Shown here: positions 1 through 14,147 of the stretch, piece by piece
How the letters are laid out: the number at the start of each line of letters is the position of its first letter
How positions within the stretch are numbered: the stretch's first letter is position 1
From: Felis catus
Taxonomy: Eukaryota
NCBI RefSeq assembly: GCF_018350175.1
Contig: NC_058368.1
Location: 186,746,001-186,810,000 of the forward strand
Reading direction: 5' to 3'
Length of the DNA stretch: 64,000 bases
The notes under the pieces: model-generated
What the model was told of the DNA's origin: nothing
Databases searched by the model: none
The model's input: the letters and a program-made list of their open reading frames with translations, nothing else
Translations under genes and position numbers: made by a program

Positions 1-214
1 TCATCTGAGAAAGCTTTCCTGACTCCAGAGGTTGATAATTAATTCCCAACAGTCTGCCTAGCACATACCATATGCTTGTAACTATTTGTAAAATAACTGA
101 ATAAAATCCACATGTTCTGCAGAACCAAAAGTAATGCTGAGTATGGTTACATATAGTGTTAGGTGACAGCAAAAACTATTTTATAAGGGGCAATTTTCTC
201 TTGGAACCAACCTT

Positions 215-1010
215 CTTGGCACTCTGAGTTTTACTTCTACTTCAGTGATTGCCCCTTCTCGGAGTCCGTTGCTGGTTTCTCAATGGTTCCCCAACTTCTT
301 CCTGTTGAAGTAACTCATATTTGTACCTTCATTCAATACTTCTCTTTTAAACCTCAGGCAGTTGCTTGGCATTATATTTTGGATGTCTAATGGGTCTTTC
401 AAACCCCAAATAGTCAAAATTGATTGTTCTCCCAAAGTTGAGGGTGACTTTAGCTACTCTGGCTAAGACAACTGTAGTCATTTCTTCTTTTTCTTCTCCT
501 CTCACCTTATGGTGACTAAAAGTTCAAAATATACCCAGAAGCTATCCACTTCTCACACTTTCTACCTCTTACCACCCTTCTCTCAGTCACTACAGTCTGT
601 AACCTGGCCTGTTTAAACAGCCTCCTACTTGGTCTTTTCGCTGCAGCCTTTCCCAACCTACAAACTTTTCAACAGCCAGAATGGTCACTTTGAAAGGAAA
701 GTTAGATTATGGATTTGCTCTGCTCAAAATGCTACATGCCTCTCTGTTTCAATCAGAGTAAAAGCCAACTTTCTTAAGATGTCCTGAAAGTTTATACACA
801 GCCTGGTTCTCTGCACTTGCCTAATTGATGCTGAATCTTATTACTCTTCCCCTGGCTCTCTGAGCTCCAAACATACTGGCGCCTTTGCTCTATCTCACAG
901 GGCTTTCATTCTGTTCACTCTGCTTCTAACCATCCTCCCCAGGACATACTTGATTAATTACCTCACCCCCTTCAAGTCTTACAATGAGTTCTATCCTTGC
1001 CAATGTATTT
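215..1010 (+). mobile_element. Ancient LINE-2 (L2) fragment
   Basis: Degenerate L2-like motifs (ttggatgtctaatgg...caaa, cagcctcctacttggtct, cagccagaatggtc, cagagtaaaagccaa, cagggcttt). Boundaries approximate. Confidence 0.6.
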
Positions 1011-1939
1011 AATTTCAAGTCAAATACCTTTCCAAGCCCATTATTAGGGAGTTTATTGAAAGAATATTGCCTTGGTCATAGCCAAAGATTCTAATTTTAG
1101 TAAGTTTGGGGGTTGGACCCAGTGACCTATATTTTTCATAAGAAATAAGTACTGTCATGATCATTAAAGTTTTTTTGCACTACTGAAAAATTCTCAAGGT
1201 TATGGTTTGACCTGACAGTGTCAATGCCCCTTAAAATGTTCTGAGTTGCCACATTAAGGCTTTGGCTAAAGATTTTGTTTCATCTACAAATCATGAGCAT
1301 ATCCAAAGAATGTTCTAACAGAAGAAAAAAATTCTTGTTCTGTTCTCTTAAATAATAATAAGAATGATGATAATAATGATTATTAATAATAATTATGTTT
1401 TGGAATGTGCAGGACTTAATGGGAAAATATGTATGCATTTAGTAGGATAGAGATGTTCCTAATTTCTCTTTGAAAATGGAGATTCTTTCATTATGGGGAC
1501 TTTTATCTTGATACTTGTTGATCCTAAGCCTCACCTTTCCATGTATATCATATTTATTTTTAACTCAGGATTTTCATTTCCCCTGACCCTAACACCTAAT
1601 GGAAGCAAAGGGCTGATGATGAAAATGAGACTACGATGTTTGATCTAGGGTATAAATAGAAAAGCCTAGAACTTAGGCAGAAAAACTGTATAAACAGCCC
1701 TTAACTTGCTACATGACCTTAGGAACTGCATTTCAACTCTCTAAAGCTCAGTTTTGTCATCTATGACACAGAAGGAAAAATATTTTAGTATCAATGTGAA
1801 AGCATTCTATAAAGTATAAAGTACTGTAATACTGTGTGCGCTCAGATATTATTAGTATTATTACATAGTCATCTTCATTTTCTTGATCTACATTTATAAT
1901 GGAAACTTGTTACCTTTCCTGTTTCTATGTTATTAGAGA

Positions 1940-2128
1940 CAGTGGCTTACCACAATATAAGGAGAGTTGGCCATGATGGCATTTCTTCCTGGGTGTAGGC
2001 AATAAGGAGATCCATTATCTGAAAAGAGTTTGAAATAATAATAAAATTGGCAGAAATTTAGTCTGTTTTTTTTAATTATCATCATAAACCCACAATGCTA
2101 AAAATGTCAGAGATAAAATGCTACCCCG
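1940..2128 (+). mobile_element. Old hAT-type DNA transposon fragment (Arthur1-like)
   Basis: Begins CAGTGGC and continues cctgggtgtaggcaataagg...aataataataaaa...tgtcagagataaaat, resembling the hAT-Tip100 Arthur1 5' end as I recall it. Confidence 0.45.
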
Positions 2129-2179
2129 CTTCAGATTCCTTCCATTGCTCTGACTCTTCCTTAAGAGCTACCATTCTCC

Positions 2180-2625
2180 ACTCATAATCCCTGTGATTAT
2201 GAGGGCTCACCCTCCTGCAGACTCTAGTGTGGGCACGTGACCCAGGCCTGACCTGTTGTTTTATTCTATCCAACTTGGCCACAATGATTTTTGTAAGATA
2301 AATAAGTGACCAAGTCAGTCTAATCAACAGCAAACAATGCTAGGATTCTTGTGTGTAGTGAGTAAGATATTTCTTTATCTCAGCTGGAGTTGAGAACAGG
2401 GTGAGGAATACATGTGGCACTTCTAGCAGCCCCCCTGCCAGCACAAGGAGAGAATCTGCCTGGAAACTGAGCCAATATAACTTAAAGCAGAGACAAGGTA
2501 AGAGTGAGACCATGTCCAGACAGCATCATTGGATCATGTGGAGACAGACGCTTGTGCCTATACTCTCTAGAATCAGATAGGCCCATGCTAGTTTGATTTG
2601 GGTTTTTATCACTTACATCCTGAAG
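2180..2625 (+). mobile_element. Degenerate MaLR LTR (old MLT1-type)
   Basis: gggcacgtgacccaggcctg, gtgaccaagtcagtctaatca, and the 3' ctagtttgatttgggtttttatcactt typical of old MLT1 LTRs. Confidence 0.5.
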
Positions 2626-2661
2626 ATCACTAAGGCAAGGGTCTTTATAAAAATGAGTTTG

Positions 2662-2872
2662 AGGGGTGCCTGGTTAAGCATCTGAGGGGTGCCTGGTTAA
2701 GCATCTGACTTTGGCTCAGATCATGATCTTGCAGTTTATGAGTCTGAGCCCCACATCGAGCTCTGTGCTGACAGCTCAGAACCTAGAACCTGATTCAGAT
2801 TCCCTCTCTCTCTGCCCCTTCTCTGCTTACGCCCTGTCTCTTTCTCTTTCAAAAACAAATATTATTTTCTTT
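2662..2872 (+). mobile_element. Can-SINE with A-box deletion and 23-bp tandem duplication at its 5' end
   Basis: SINE body (tcatgatct...ctgacagctcaga, CT tract). TSD aaatgagtttg at 2651-2661 and 2873-2883. Confidence 0.9.
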
Positions 2873-3897
2873 AAATGAGTTTGGTTTACCTTGGAAGACA
2901 TTGAGTGGAGGGTTAGCTCATGTCAGAAGTAAAGTGTGTAGTATGGTCCAGTCAATGAAAGAATCCTGGGTTCTAGTGCCAACTCATTTCTGAGCCTCAA
3001 TTTTACTTCCTACAAAGTGAGTGAGGGAAAGTTAGGAGAGATGATTTCTGGATAATTCAAACTTCTAATAAGAAGAGTTTCTAAGCATAGCTCAGGCATA
3101 CCTTGGTACATGATGGAAATTTTGGAAAATGATCCAGATTTGAAAATAGGACTATGAATCACCTGCCAAAACACAAATAAGTCATGTAAGACATTCTTTC
3201 TGCAACACATTATGACACTGGACTGATGACATGGAAACCCTAAGGCAATGAACATGACTGTGGCTGCCACACCATCTCAGTCATTTTTATTGCTTTTACC
3301 ATTATATTTTGATGTCAAAACACATGAGGCCTCTGTATTTACAGTTGTTCTGTTAATGCATTATAATTGCAGATGTACTCAAAGGAGAAGCTTGATTTTT
3401 TTGCCTAAATGACACCTTTAATCAATTCTGAATAAAGCATGACTCCAATTAGAGATATCTTCAGAAAATCACACCTAATAGCATCATTTATTAGAATTCT
3501 AAATAGGAGCTCTTTGTTTCAATGTCATCTCCTTTTAACTGTTTTCCTAGGGAAGGGCATGGTTTCCTGCACACTATGCCAGAAGGTGAAATTCTTATGA
3601 TTGGGATTCATCATATCTGATCCTACACTAGGTAACTCATTGAACATGTTTTTCTGCTTAAAATAAATCTAACAAGCTATTTGGATTACCCAAGTGCCAA
3701 GTAGTATAGAAAAATGTGGAAGCGAGCAAGTCTTCAAACCTCTCCACAATATATTCGAAATGTAATGGAGGATAGAGATGTATGAGTTAGCACATGACTA
3801 GCAAAGAAAGGGAAGTGTATTTCATGCAAGAGGAATAGCCTGAGTGACTATGAAGTCTGGAGGGTTGAATATGACAGATTGTGCTTGAAATACAATA

Positions 3898-4137
3898 AAA
3901 TGAAGATGAGGTCATACTGGGATAAGATGGGTCCTAATCCAATGATTGATGTTCTTATAAGAAGAAGAAATTTAGACACAAACATGCCGAGGAAAATGGC
4001 TATGCTAAAATGGAGGCAGAAATTGGAATTATAATGTTGCAAGTTTAGGAATGCCAAGGATTGCTGGCGACCACTAGAAGATAGGAAGGAAGAACGGACA
4101 CTCTCCTAAAGCCTGCAAAGAGAATGTGACTTTGCCA
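3898..4137 (+). mobile_element. MaLR LTR fragment (MLT1B/C-like)
   Basis: gatgaggtcatactgg...cctaatccaatga...cttataagaagaagaaattt...ggaggcagaaattgga...ggaatgccaaggattgctggc...ctagaag. Confidence 0.75.
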
Positions 4138-5269
4138 TCCATCATGAGAAAAGGAAGCCCTTGGAAGTCATCAGTCTCCCAAAAAAGAACAAAAAGACTA
4201 GGTCTGAAATCAACTCATTGCCTTCAGCAGAGTTACCTCAGCAGACAAGCAGGGCCATGAGCAAAGAGCAAGTTGTTGCCCCCGAGATTTGGGAGCTGTT
4301 TGCTATCTTGCATTATTGGATTAAACAACAATAACAACAACAACTAAACTATTACATTGACCTAGTATATTCCCTTACTTTTTAGCTTTTTTTCCCACCC
4401 CAACCATCTATTTTCAGTTTCCTCTGATCTTCCCAGAAGAAGCAGTTTTATCTGCTAGCCAACTTCTTTTAGCCTAATGATTCAACATCCTATTATAGAT
4501 ATTGTACTTAAATAGTTCATAATCTCTCACTTCCAGACATGAAGAATGGAAAGAATTTTTCCTGAAGCTGTATGCCAACATACCTCATGAGATAATTTCT
4601 CATAAGTTTTGTTATTTTTTTTCATTGAAATGCCTTTGTCCCAAAGGATAAGAACTTTGGCAAAAGTAGCCACAGCAACAATGAAAAAGTCCTGGTTCTC
4701 TGTGTGTCCTCAGTACCTAGCACTATGCCTTATACAAGGCAGGAACTTAGAGAATATTCAGCAGAGAAATGTGTGAATGATAGAATGAGTATGTTTTTGC
4801 TGTTATTTAAGTCAGAAAATACATGAAAATATTTAAAGTGTCCATCTTAGAAGATAAATGAAAAAAAAATGTGTACACTTAAAAAGTTTGGCTCTTCAAA
4901 TGGAATGGGATGAGCTCTATGGAATTGTCACAGCCCCAATAGCAAAGGAAAGCAAAGGACATAAACTATTTTCAATGGAAATAAAGTAACATGGTTAAAA
5001 GTAAGGGCTTTAAGTGTCACAGGGCCTAGAATTGAAGCCTGGCTCTAGCTCCTATTATATGAGTTTCTTGGCAAATTTCTTCATCACTCCTCACTTTTTT
5101 TTCTTCTATATAGAATGTAATTTATGGCTAAAAGGATGTTAACCAATTATTTGCTAACCCAACAGAGACCAAAATAAATTCCAATAAATTTAAGTGGAAA
5201 CAAAACAAAAAAAGAGTTCAATTAGAACAGAGTATTCCCCTTTTTGCTTTTAAAAAAGTCTCAGAGTTA

Positions 5270-5491
5270 TATGTGGGATTTAAGAAACAAAACAAGCAAG
5301 CGAAGGGGGGAAAAAAAAGAGTGAGAGGCAAACTAAGAAACAGACTTAACTGTAGAGAACAAACTGATGGTTATCAGAGGGGAGAGGGTAGAGAGGATAG
5401 GTCATACAGGTGATGGGTATTAAGGAGTGTACTTGTGATGACCACCAGGTGATATATAGAATTTATGTACTGGAATTTAAATAAAAAACTT
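5270..5491 (+). mobile_element. Carnivore L1 3'UTR fragment (5'-truncated)
   Basis: taagaaacaaaacaa...gagaacaaactgatggttatcagagggga...gtgatgggtattaaggagtgtacttg...ctggaatttaaataaaa; the tail is interrupted by a SINE. Confidence 0.75.
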
Positions 5492-5704
5492 CTCTTGTTT
5501 GTTTTTCTTAACTTTTTTTTTTATTGAGAGACAGAGAGCGTGAGCAGGGGAGGGCAGAGAGAGGGGGATACACACAATCTGAAGCAGGCTCCAGGTTCTG
5601 AGCTGTCGGCACAGAGCTAGACGTGGGGCTCAAATTCACAAACCACGAGATCATGACTTCAGCCGAAGTTGGACACTTAACGGACTGAGCCATCCAAGCG
5701 CCCA
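5492..5704 (-). mobile_element. Can-SINE
   Basis: Reverse-complement SINE. Near-perfect TSD taaataaaaa(a)ctt at 5478-5491 and 5705-5717. Confidence 0.9.
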
Positions 5705-6665
5705 TAAATAAAAACTTTTAAAAAACTAGGAAGAGTTAGATGAAAGAATGTGGAATCTTTTGTAGAGCACCTGCAGCTTAATTGTCTGTAGACAAAGAAA
5801 ATAAAATTGAAATTTTTTATATAAATGTTTACTGTAATTGTAGAGCCCCCAAATCATTCAGTGATTATGTTAAAATGAAATGGTATTACTCAGAGTCAGT
5901 ATTGTTAATTCTCAGTATAATATTACATTTCAAAAACAGAGTTTAGTATAAATATAGCTTTGGTGAGAAATTATGAAATATAAGTTTTGACTTTAAGGAT
6001 AACTTTATTTTCATCGTCATAATGTTATTAAAATCACCTTGTATGGATTTGATATCAATAAGAAATGGATAATAAGAGGATAGACTTTTTATATCCATTA
6101 TAATTTATTTTTCTGAAAAAATAAAAAGCAACATACTGAAAAAAGGCTCAGAGTTTATTGCCACAAGTAAATGTGGAATTTCTGTACTAGTAAGTAATCA
6201 ATAGATATTAACTAATACTATCTTCATTCTCATCGTCTATATTATTTGCCAATAATCTGCTAGGATCTACAAATTTCAAGGTGAACAGTTTCAGTTCTCT
6301 TCCCTGCCCTTGAGGGACTTGTGATCTAGAAGAAGATTATTACTAGTTATATTCCTATCAAAGACCCTCTTCTGTTGAATCTCAGAATTTCATATTTTGT
6401 AGTGGTGTAATGCAGCAACTGATGTAAAAGAATTTGTTATAGCAGTGTTTTTGATTGGAAAAACTCCTCCCATGTGGCATAATCAAGGGACTGAGGTCCA
6501 GCCTTGGGGCCGTCCAGGACTGATTACTTTAACTGCTGATCCAGACTGCTTTCCATGGAGCTTTCCATGATGGCAAATTCCTTACCTGGTGGCACTTTAG
6601 TTTTTGGAAGATCTATCTTGCACAAGTTAATGCTTATCCTGAATTGCAATACCTTACTGTAAGGG

Positions 6666-6912
6666 AAATTGCTATTCATATTATGTGAACATTTTTGAGA
6701 AAATTATATGCATCATCTTTTGTGTTTCTTATCATCAATAAATGAGAGTACCTGTATTCCCAATTCTCTCCAACATTGTTATAATTTTGCTTAAAACATT
6801 TTGTAAGTTATTATTCATGAAAGGACAACCATTTGCTTCTGCATCTCATTGGTGGTTAATAAGATCAAATATTTTCATATATTTGTTGGCCATTTTTCTT
6901 TTGAGAGCTGCC
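6666..6912 (-). mobile_element. Ancient L1 ORF2 3' fragment
   Basis: atgagagtacctgt...ctccaacattg...ttttcatatatttgttggccatt: antisense L1M-type text. Confidence 0.55.
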
Positions 6913-9900
6913 TAGCAATGGCAAGTTTGAAAATAGACACATTTCAGAGCTATCAGGTTAAATAGAGTTGAACTCAGTGAAATAGGAAGCAGCTTACAAA
7001 GAAACCAATACTTCCAAGTGGTCTTTTCTGAAGGATGTAAGAAAATTTGTATTGTTACTAATTAATTATAAATAAATCCTTTGCTTTTCTTCTCTACTAA
7101 AGAATGGCCAAGAATACGGCATGCCTATTTTGGTCAGTGTGTGTCTTTTATTGTTCTTTTCCCAGTGATATTACATATATGTTATAGATATGTGTGTCAA
7201 GACACTAAAACCCCCATCTTGGGTTCCTGAATTAATAGGAAAAGGTCAGGAAATAGACCAGGATATGGTCAGAATTCTTTCAGAAGAAATGCATGTAAGC
7301 CTGGGAATTCCATCATCCCTTGAAGAAAATTAGTTGCAAGGCTCACAAATGTCAAATAAAAGTTATGTTCCAACCCCCTTTGGCAGCTGTATAGTTCTAG
7401 AAGCCACCATCTCTGATATTCCTCAGGAAAATCTCTGAATTTGTATAGTGTCTTAACTTGCCAAAATTCTCTCATGGAATTGTTATAGAGGAAGAGAACA
7501 CAGGTCTCTTGGCACTTAATCCAGTCTGTTATCATTGTGTCCTTTCCAATATGATCTAGTAATTATAGATCATAATTATCAAACATCATCTAGCAATGGG
7601 GCATTGGGGATGGGACCACATCTAACAAGAATCAGGTTAATTCTTGAGTTGCTAGACCAAGGTTTTCTAGAATGTTGCCTGCTGGAAAACCACTTGTAGG
7701 TAAATCACCTGGGCTGGTCCCATTCCATATCTACAAAAGTATAATCTCTGGGATTGGTACCTTAAAAAGCTCCCTTTTTAAACAAGCACCCAGAGGCTAT
7801 TCTGTTGTATACGGCTAAGATAATTAATTAGTGCTTCTCTTTCTTTTTGTGGAAGGCATTAGGATGGACTTAAATTCAGTTTCAGCTTCTCGTAAATTTT
7901 GTTGTTGTATTTTATGCACTAATCATTTAATTCACTTATTAATTTGAGCAGAGTGAAAGAAAAGGAAAAAAAAATGATCTGAGATTCAGAATGCCAAAAC
8001 AAATTAACTATTAATGATCCAGAAGGTTTGGATGAACAGTAGTCCCCAGTCTCAAAAAAAAAATCCCTTATTTAAGAGGGCCTTCACTTAACTGCTTTAA
8101 TAAGAGCTAGTCAACTGAAAGACATCTTTGAACAAATAATAAAGAACACGGTGTCTCATGCATAAACAATGTGGTGTCCTGAGAGATGGGTGGATGGGCT
8201 TGGAGCCAGACAGATCTGCATATAAATCCCAGCTCCTCTCCTTATTAATTCTGTGGCCCTGCTTAAACAATTTAAACATTCTAATCCTTAGCTCCATGAT
8301 CTATAAAATGAGGCTAATACTATTTCTTCTTTACAAACTTGTAAATATTTTAAAGTTCCTAGCATTAAGTAGACACTTTGTAAGGACCAAGATAGGAAAT
8401 GATTAATCAAAAATGTTGACTATGACCAATGCCAAAGAATGTGGCCTTATATGAAGTTGCTGGGTTTTGTCACAGGTAGTTCTTATTTGTTTACTGTGGG
8501 ACTATATCAATGGACTGTTTATGGTTTTATTGACCTGACAGATTAAAAAAAAAAAAAAAAGAACATAGCTCAATTCTTTTTCCTCCTGTCAGATAACATA
8601 AGAAACAGAAGAAATAAGCTTTTAGACTTAAATAATGTTAATTTTTTCTGTTACTAAAACTTTCTTTCACTGAGAAAGATAAATTCAGTTTCTCCAATAA
8701 AAAGGAAGCCTCTATTACTAATAAGTTGACTCCAGGAGTAAATAAGACATTAGGAAATAAGATTCTACCTTTGATGTAACAAGCACAGGTGAGGACAGAG
8801 AAATACCTTGCTTTGCATGACAGAAGTAGAAGAAAATAATTAAAGATAGAGCCCTGGTTCTGAATTGAAGCCATGTAGTGCACATCCTATTCATGGAAAA
8901 CAATGAAATCCAACTCAACTTCTTCACTTTCTTCTTTTGAATAAGCAGCTGAATAGACCAATCAGAAGCCCTATTTCATGTATCCAGGTGGTACTGCCAA
9001 TCAAGGTACCCCACATTCCCCGTCTCCTGAATGCACTTTTTGAAGCAATTAACCAATCCGCTTCAACTCAATGATTTGTACTAGAGTAGGCATGTCACCC
9101 ATAGACCACGTGGAGTCCTTTAGGGGAGACTGAAAGAATTTGAAAAAGAGTACCTTTCTTTTCTAATAGAGAAAAGAGAAAAAGAGAGAATCCTAATAAG
9201 ATTGTTTAGTGCCTATATCCGGCTATTACAAAAGCCCAGGACTTTTTGGTTACCTGAGTCAATAAATTCCCTTTCTGTGCTTAGGCTGATTGGACTTGAT
9301 CTCTTAAGAGTCTAATTTCATTGGTCTGAGAGGCTGGGCTACAAAAGAACTGGAAACAACTGTGTCCTGAAACACCCCTTGACTCTGCCAACTAACTCTA
9401 TGGTCTTCAACAATGGTTTTCAGTTTTTAAGCATTTTAAGTAAATTTTCCAAGATGTTGTTATTATTGCTGCTATTGTTGTCATTCTTGTGTTAACATGA
9501 AACTATGAATGTCATAGCTCTGCTTTTCATCCCACTAATTTTGACCTGACCCTGGAAGATGCATACCTGCAGGCATATGTATTCTTCTGATTCTGAAGCC
9601 TGGGTGAGCTTCAGAGCATGCAGTCAGCTGGAAAGTCCACAAACAAGACCAGCTTTCTGAGAAGGAGCCTGCCAGAAAAGCTGCTACAAGCATATTGTGT
9701 GAGCAGCTGGCCTCAGCAGCAGTGAGAATTTACCAGAAAAGAAGATGGAGAAAAACGTTTGCAAGCAACAGTTTGAGATCAAGAGGATCCAGAAGGCATA
9801 GACTGTATGTGTATCCCCACTGCATTTAAAATGGGATCCTCAAGAGAGAAGTCTCCATCCATCCATCCATCCATCCAATGGAATGGAGTCAGGAATTTGC

Positions 9901-10825
9901 TATTAATCACATTTAAAATTTGAATGGAATTTATCTTATTCCAAACTCAAATGATGATTCACTCTGTAGTTGGACCTCCTCCATTGAACAGGCTGTGCAA
10001 CCTTCTTGGCTGCTAGGCCAAGTGGAGGGCTTCCAGGTTGCTTCTTTCCTTTTGCCTTCATCCCCTCCATTCTTGAACGTTGTTCAATCAGAAATGACCT
10101 CCTAAGTCACTGGGATCTGGCCAATAATCCTCAGGGAGTTTTGCATTGCAAGACAGAATGAAGACAGAATAACTTTTGAAATCAGACAGATTTCAATCTC
10201 AATTTCCCTCCTTCCCTCTCTCTTTTCCTTTCTTCCTTATTTATGGAGTACCTATTCTATGCCAGACACTATTAGATACTAGAGATACAGAGACGAAAAA
10301 AACAAAAACAAAACAAGAAACAAAAACAATAACAGCAACAAAAAGAAAACACAGTCTCTTCTTTCCTGAAATAGAGGATCATTCAATGAGTAAACACCTT
10401 AAGTAACTTCCTATTTGAGCCAAGTCATTTCCTGTGTTGTAGCCTCAGTTTCCTCATCTGTATCATGGATATAGAAATGCCTACCTTGCATGACTAAAGA
10501 AGACTTCAGGTATGTGAAATCTTGGAAGCTGGACAATCGAGAGGTGAAAAAAAAGATGTATGTCTTAAAGATTAATAAAATTAGTTAATATTATCTGGAA
10601 ACCCCTGTGTTTTTTACTTTGTGGTAGGAGAAGCTAAATAGAAGAAAAACTATGAACCTATGGTCAGTGGACCTCATCTGCTCTGAGTCTCCCAGAGCCT
10701 CTTCTATAAAATGGTGACAGTCAGATTCACCCTACCTCCTCAGAGGGCTATGCAAGAATTGTGTGAGTTATTTTAAAAAGAGAGAAAGGGAGCAAACATT
10801 TAAAGCACCCTTTGCAAACTGAAAG

Positions 10826-10890
10826 CAGTGGTTCTTGATTTGGGGTAATTCCCACCGTCTTCCCCCACCCCCCAGGAGACATTTAGCAAC
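10826..10890 (+). mobile_element. MER20 (hAT) left part, split by an L1 insertion
   Basis: CAGTGGTTCT terminus followed by cccccaggagacatttagcaa; continues at 15200. Confidence 0.75.
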
Positions 10891-10910
10891 TTTAAAAAAA
10901 ACACCTTTTA

Positions 10911-11091
10911 GGGGCACCTGGGTAGCTTAGTCAGTTGAGTGACCAACTCCTGATTTCACCTCAGGTCATGATCTCATGGTTTGTGAGTTCAAGCCCCGAG
11001 ACTGGCTCTGTGCTGACAGTGCGGAGCCTGCTTGGGATTGTCATTCTCTCTCTGTCTTCTCCCTCCCTGCCCTTCCCCTGCTTATGTTCAT

Positions 11092-11131
<40 letters not shown>

Positions 11132-11149
11132 AAAATAAATAAACTTTTT
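10911..11149 (+). mobile_element. Can-SINE whose tail is interrupted by a young L1 fragment
   Basis: ggggcacctgggtagc... plus (CT)n. TSD aaaaa(a/g)cacctttta at 10896-10910 and 11543-11557. Confidence 0.9.
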
Positions 11150-11523
11150 ATTTATTTTATTTTTTCAATATGAAATTTATTGTCAAATTGGTTTCCATAC
11201 AACACCCAGTGCTCATCCTAACAGGTGCCCTCCTCAATTCCCATCACCCACATTCTCCTCCCTCTCACCCCCCATCAACCCTCAGTTTATTCTCAGTTTT
11301 TAAGAGTCTCTTATGGTTTGGCTCCCTCCCTCTCTAACTGTTTTTTTCCTTCTCCTCCCCCATGGTCTTCTTTTAAGTTTCTCAGGATCCACATAAGAGT
11401 GAAAACATATGGTATCTGTCTTTCTCTATATGACTTATTTCACTTAGCATAACACTTTCCAGTTCCATCCACGTTGCTACAAAAGGCCATATTTCATTCT
11501 TTCTCATTGCCAAGTAGTATTGC
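11150..11523 (-). mobile_element. 5'-truncated cat-type L1 (ORF2 C-terminus plus 3'UTR, ~375 bp)
   Basis: Highly similar to 47890-48255. 19-bp TSD gaaaataaataaacttttt at 11131-11149 and 11524-11542; TT/AAAA endonuclease site on the minus strand. Confidence 0.92.
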
Positions 11524-11986
11524 GAAAATAAATAAACTTTTTAAAAAGCACCTTTTATTTTATTTATTTTTGTACATTTTATGTGACAATGTTTAAGTTC
11601 TAGTCTTTTAACAAATTTAAATTACACAATACAGTGTTATGTATAGTCATCATGTTATACATGATATCCTCAGTTTATATTATTATAATTTATTCTGTTT
11701 GTAGTTGAAAGTTTGTACATCTTTATCAGCTTTCTCCTATTTATCCCAACTACCTACCCCTGTCAACAACTTTCCTATTCTTTGTTTTTATGAGTTTGAC
11801 TTTTTTTTTCCTAAGAGTCTATATCTAAGTGATACCATGCAATATTCAGTATTTGTCTTCCTCTCTCTGTCTGGCATTATTTCACTTATCAGTATCCTCC
11901 AGGTTTATCCATGGTGTCACAAATGACAGGATTCTCTTCTTTTTAAAAACTGAATAATATTCCATTGTGTGGTGTGTGTGCGTGTG

Positions 11987-11988
<2 letters not shown>

Positions 11989-12026
<38 letters not shown>
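11989..12026. repeat. (TG)n microsatellite
   Basis: Uninterrupted TG run inside the old L1. Confidence 0.95.
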
Positions 12027-12030
<4 letters not shown>

Positions 12031-14147
12031 ATTTTTTTTTAATCTCATTTGTCAATGAACAACTTAGGTTGTTTCCATACCTTGGTTTTTGTGAATAATG
12101 CTGCTATGAACATGGGAATACAGATATCTCCTTGATATCTCATTTCCTTTGGCTATATACTCAGAAGTGGAATTGCTGGATCTTTTGTAGTTCTGTTTTA
12201 ATTTCTTGAAGAAACTTCATACTGTTTTCCATAGTGTCTGTACCAGTTTACAACAGAGTACAAGGGTTCCCTTTTCTCCACATTCTCACCAACATTTGTT
12301 ATTTCTCATCTTTTTGATAATAGTCATTTTAACAGGTGTGAGGTGATATCGGGTTTTGATTTATAATTCTCTGACAATTAGTGATGTTGAGCAACTTTTC
12401 ATGTGGCTATTCCCATTTGTATACCTTCTTTAGAAAAATATCTATTTAGGTTCTTTGCCCATTTTTAAATTGTGCTATTTAACTTTTTACAATTAAGTTG
12501 TATGAGTTCTTTATATATTTTGTATTTTGACCCCTTATTGTATATGTTGTTTGTAAATATTTTTTTCATATCATAGGTTGAATTTTAATGTTATTGATGG
12601 TGTCCTTTGTTGTACTGAAACTTTTTAATATGATGTAGTCCTGCGTACTTATGTTTGCCTTTGTTTGTAATACTAAAAAAATCATTGCTGAGACCAATAT
12701 CAAAGAGTTTACCCTCTATGTTTTCTTCTAGGAATTTTTTGGCTTCAGTTCTTACATTCAGGTCTTTAAACCATTTTCAGTTGTTTTCATGTATTTTCTA
12801 AGATAGAAGTTCAGTTTTATTCTTTTGCATATGGCTAATTTCCTAACACCATGTATTGAAAAAGACTATCCTTTCCATGTCATACATTCTTAGCTCCTTT
12901 GTTAAAAGTTAATTGACCATAAGTGAGAGGCTTTATTTCTGGGCTCTCTATTCTGTTCCATTGATCTATGTGTTTGTTTTTATGCCAATACCAGACTGTC
13001 TTGATTATTATAGCTTTGCTAAAAAAAGTCGGGAAATATGATCCCCCCCCACCTCTGTTCTTCTTTCTCAAGATTGCTTTGGCTATTTGGGGTCTTTTGT
13101 GCTTCCATACAAATTTTAGGATTTTTTTCTTTTTCTTTTTCAAAAATGCAGTTGGAATATTGATAAGGATTGCACTGAGTCTGCACATAATTTTGGGTAG
13201 TATGGACATTTTACAATATTAATTCTTCCAATCCATGAGAAAGAATGTGTTTCCATTTATTAGTATCCTCTAATTTCTTTAAAAACTGTCTTATAGTTTT
13301 CAATGCACAGATCTTTCACCTTCTTGGTTAAATTCATTCCTAAATATTTTATTCTTTTTGATTCTATTATAATCAGGTAGTTTTCTTAATTTCTCTTTCT
13401 GGTAGTTTGTTTTAGGTGCATAGAAAGCCAACTGGCTTTTATATACTAATTTTGTATTCTGCTACTTTGCAGAAATTGTTTATTACTCCTAACAGTTTCT
13501 TTGATGGTATCTCAATTTTCTGTATATAATATCATGTCATTGGCAAAGAAAGGCAATTTTAATTCTTCCTTTCACATTTGGGTGTCTTTTATTCTTTTTA
13601 TTGCCTAATGACTTCCAGTACTATATTTAACAAAAGTGTTGAGAGTGAGCATCACTCTCTTGTTCCTGTTCTTATAGGAAAAGGCTTCATCCATTTTACC
13701 ATTGAGTAAATATTAACTGTTGGATTTTCATACATTGTCTTTATTATGTTGAAGTATGTGTCCCTCTACACCTAGTTTGTTGAAAGAATGTCAAATTTTG
13801 TCAAATGCTTTTTTTGCATCTATTGAGATTATCACATGATTGCTATCCTTCATTTTGTCAATGTAGTATATCACATTTATTGACTTGTGGATTTTGAACC
13901 ACTCTTACCCTGGAATATATCCCACTTGATCATGGTAAACAATACTTTTAATGTATAACTGAATTTTGTTTGCTAATATTTTTTTGAGTATTTTTGTATC
14001 TTTGTTCATCAGGGATTTGGCATGCAATTTTTTTCCTGTATTGTCCTTGTATGGCTTTGGTATCAAGATAATACTGATCTCATAAATGATTTTGAAAGTA
14101 CTTCCTCCTCTTCTATTTTTGGAAAGTATTTGTAGTAGGTCTTTTTT

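Noticed and set aside
6586..6656. Minus-strand exon-like segment (tttcccttacAG ... CAG/GTAAGG, 71 nt)
   Set aside because: Isolated, unrecognisable peptide, abuts an ancient L1 fragment; expected by chance.
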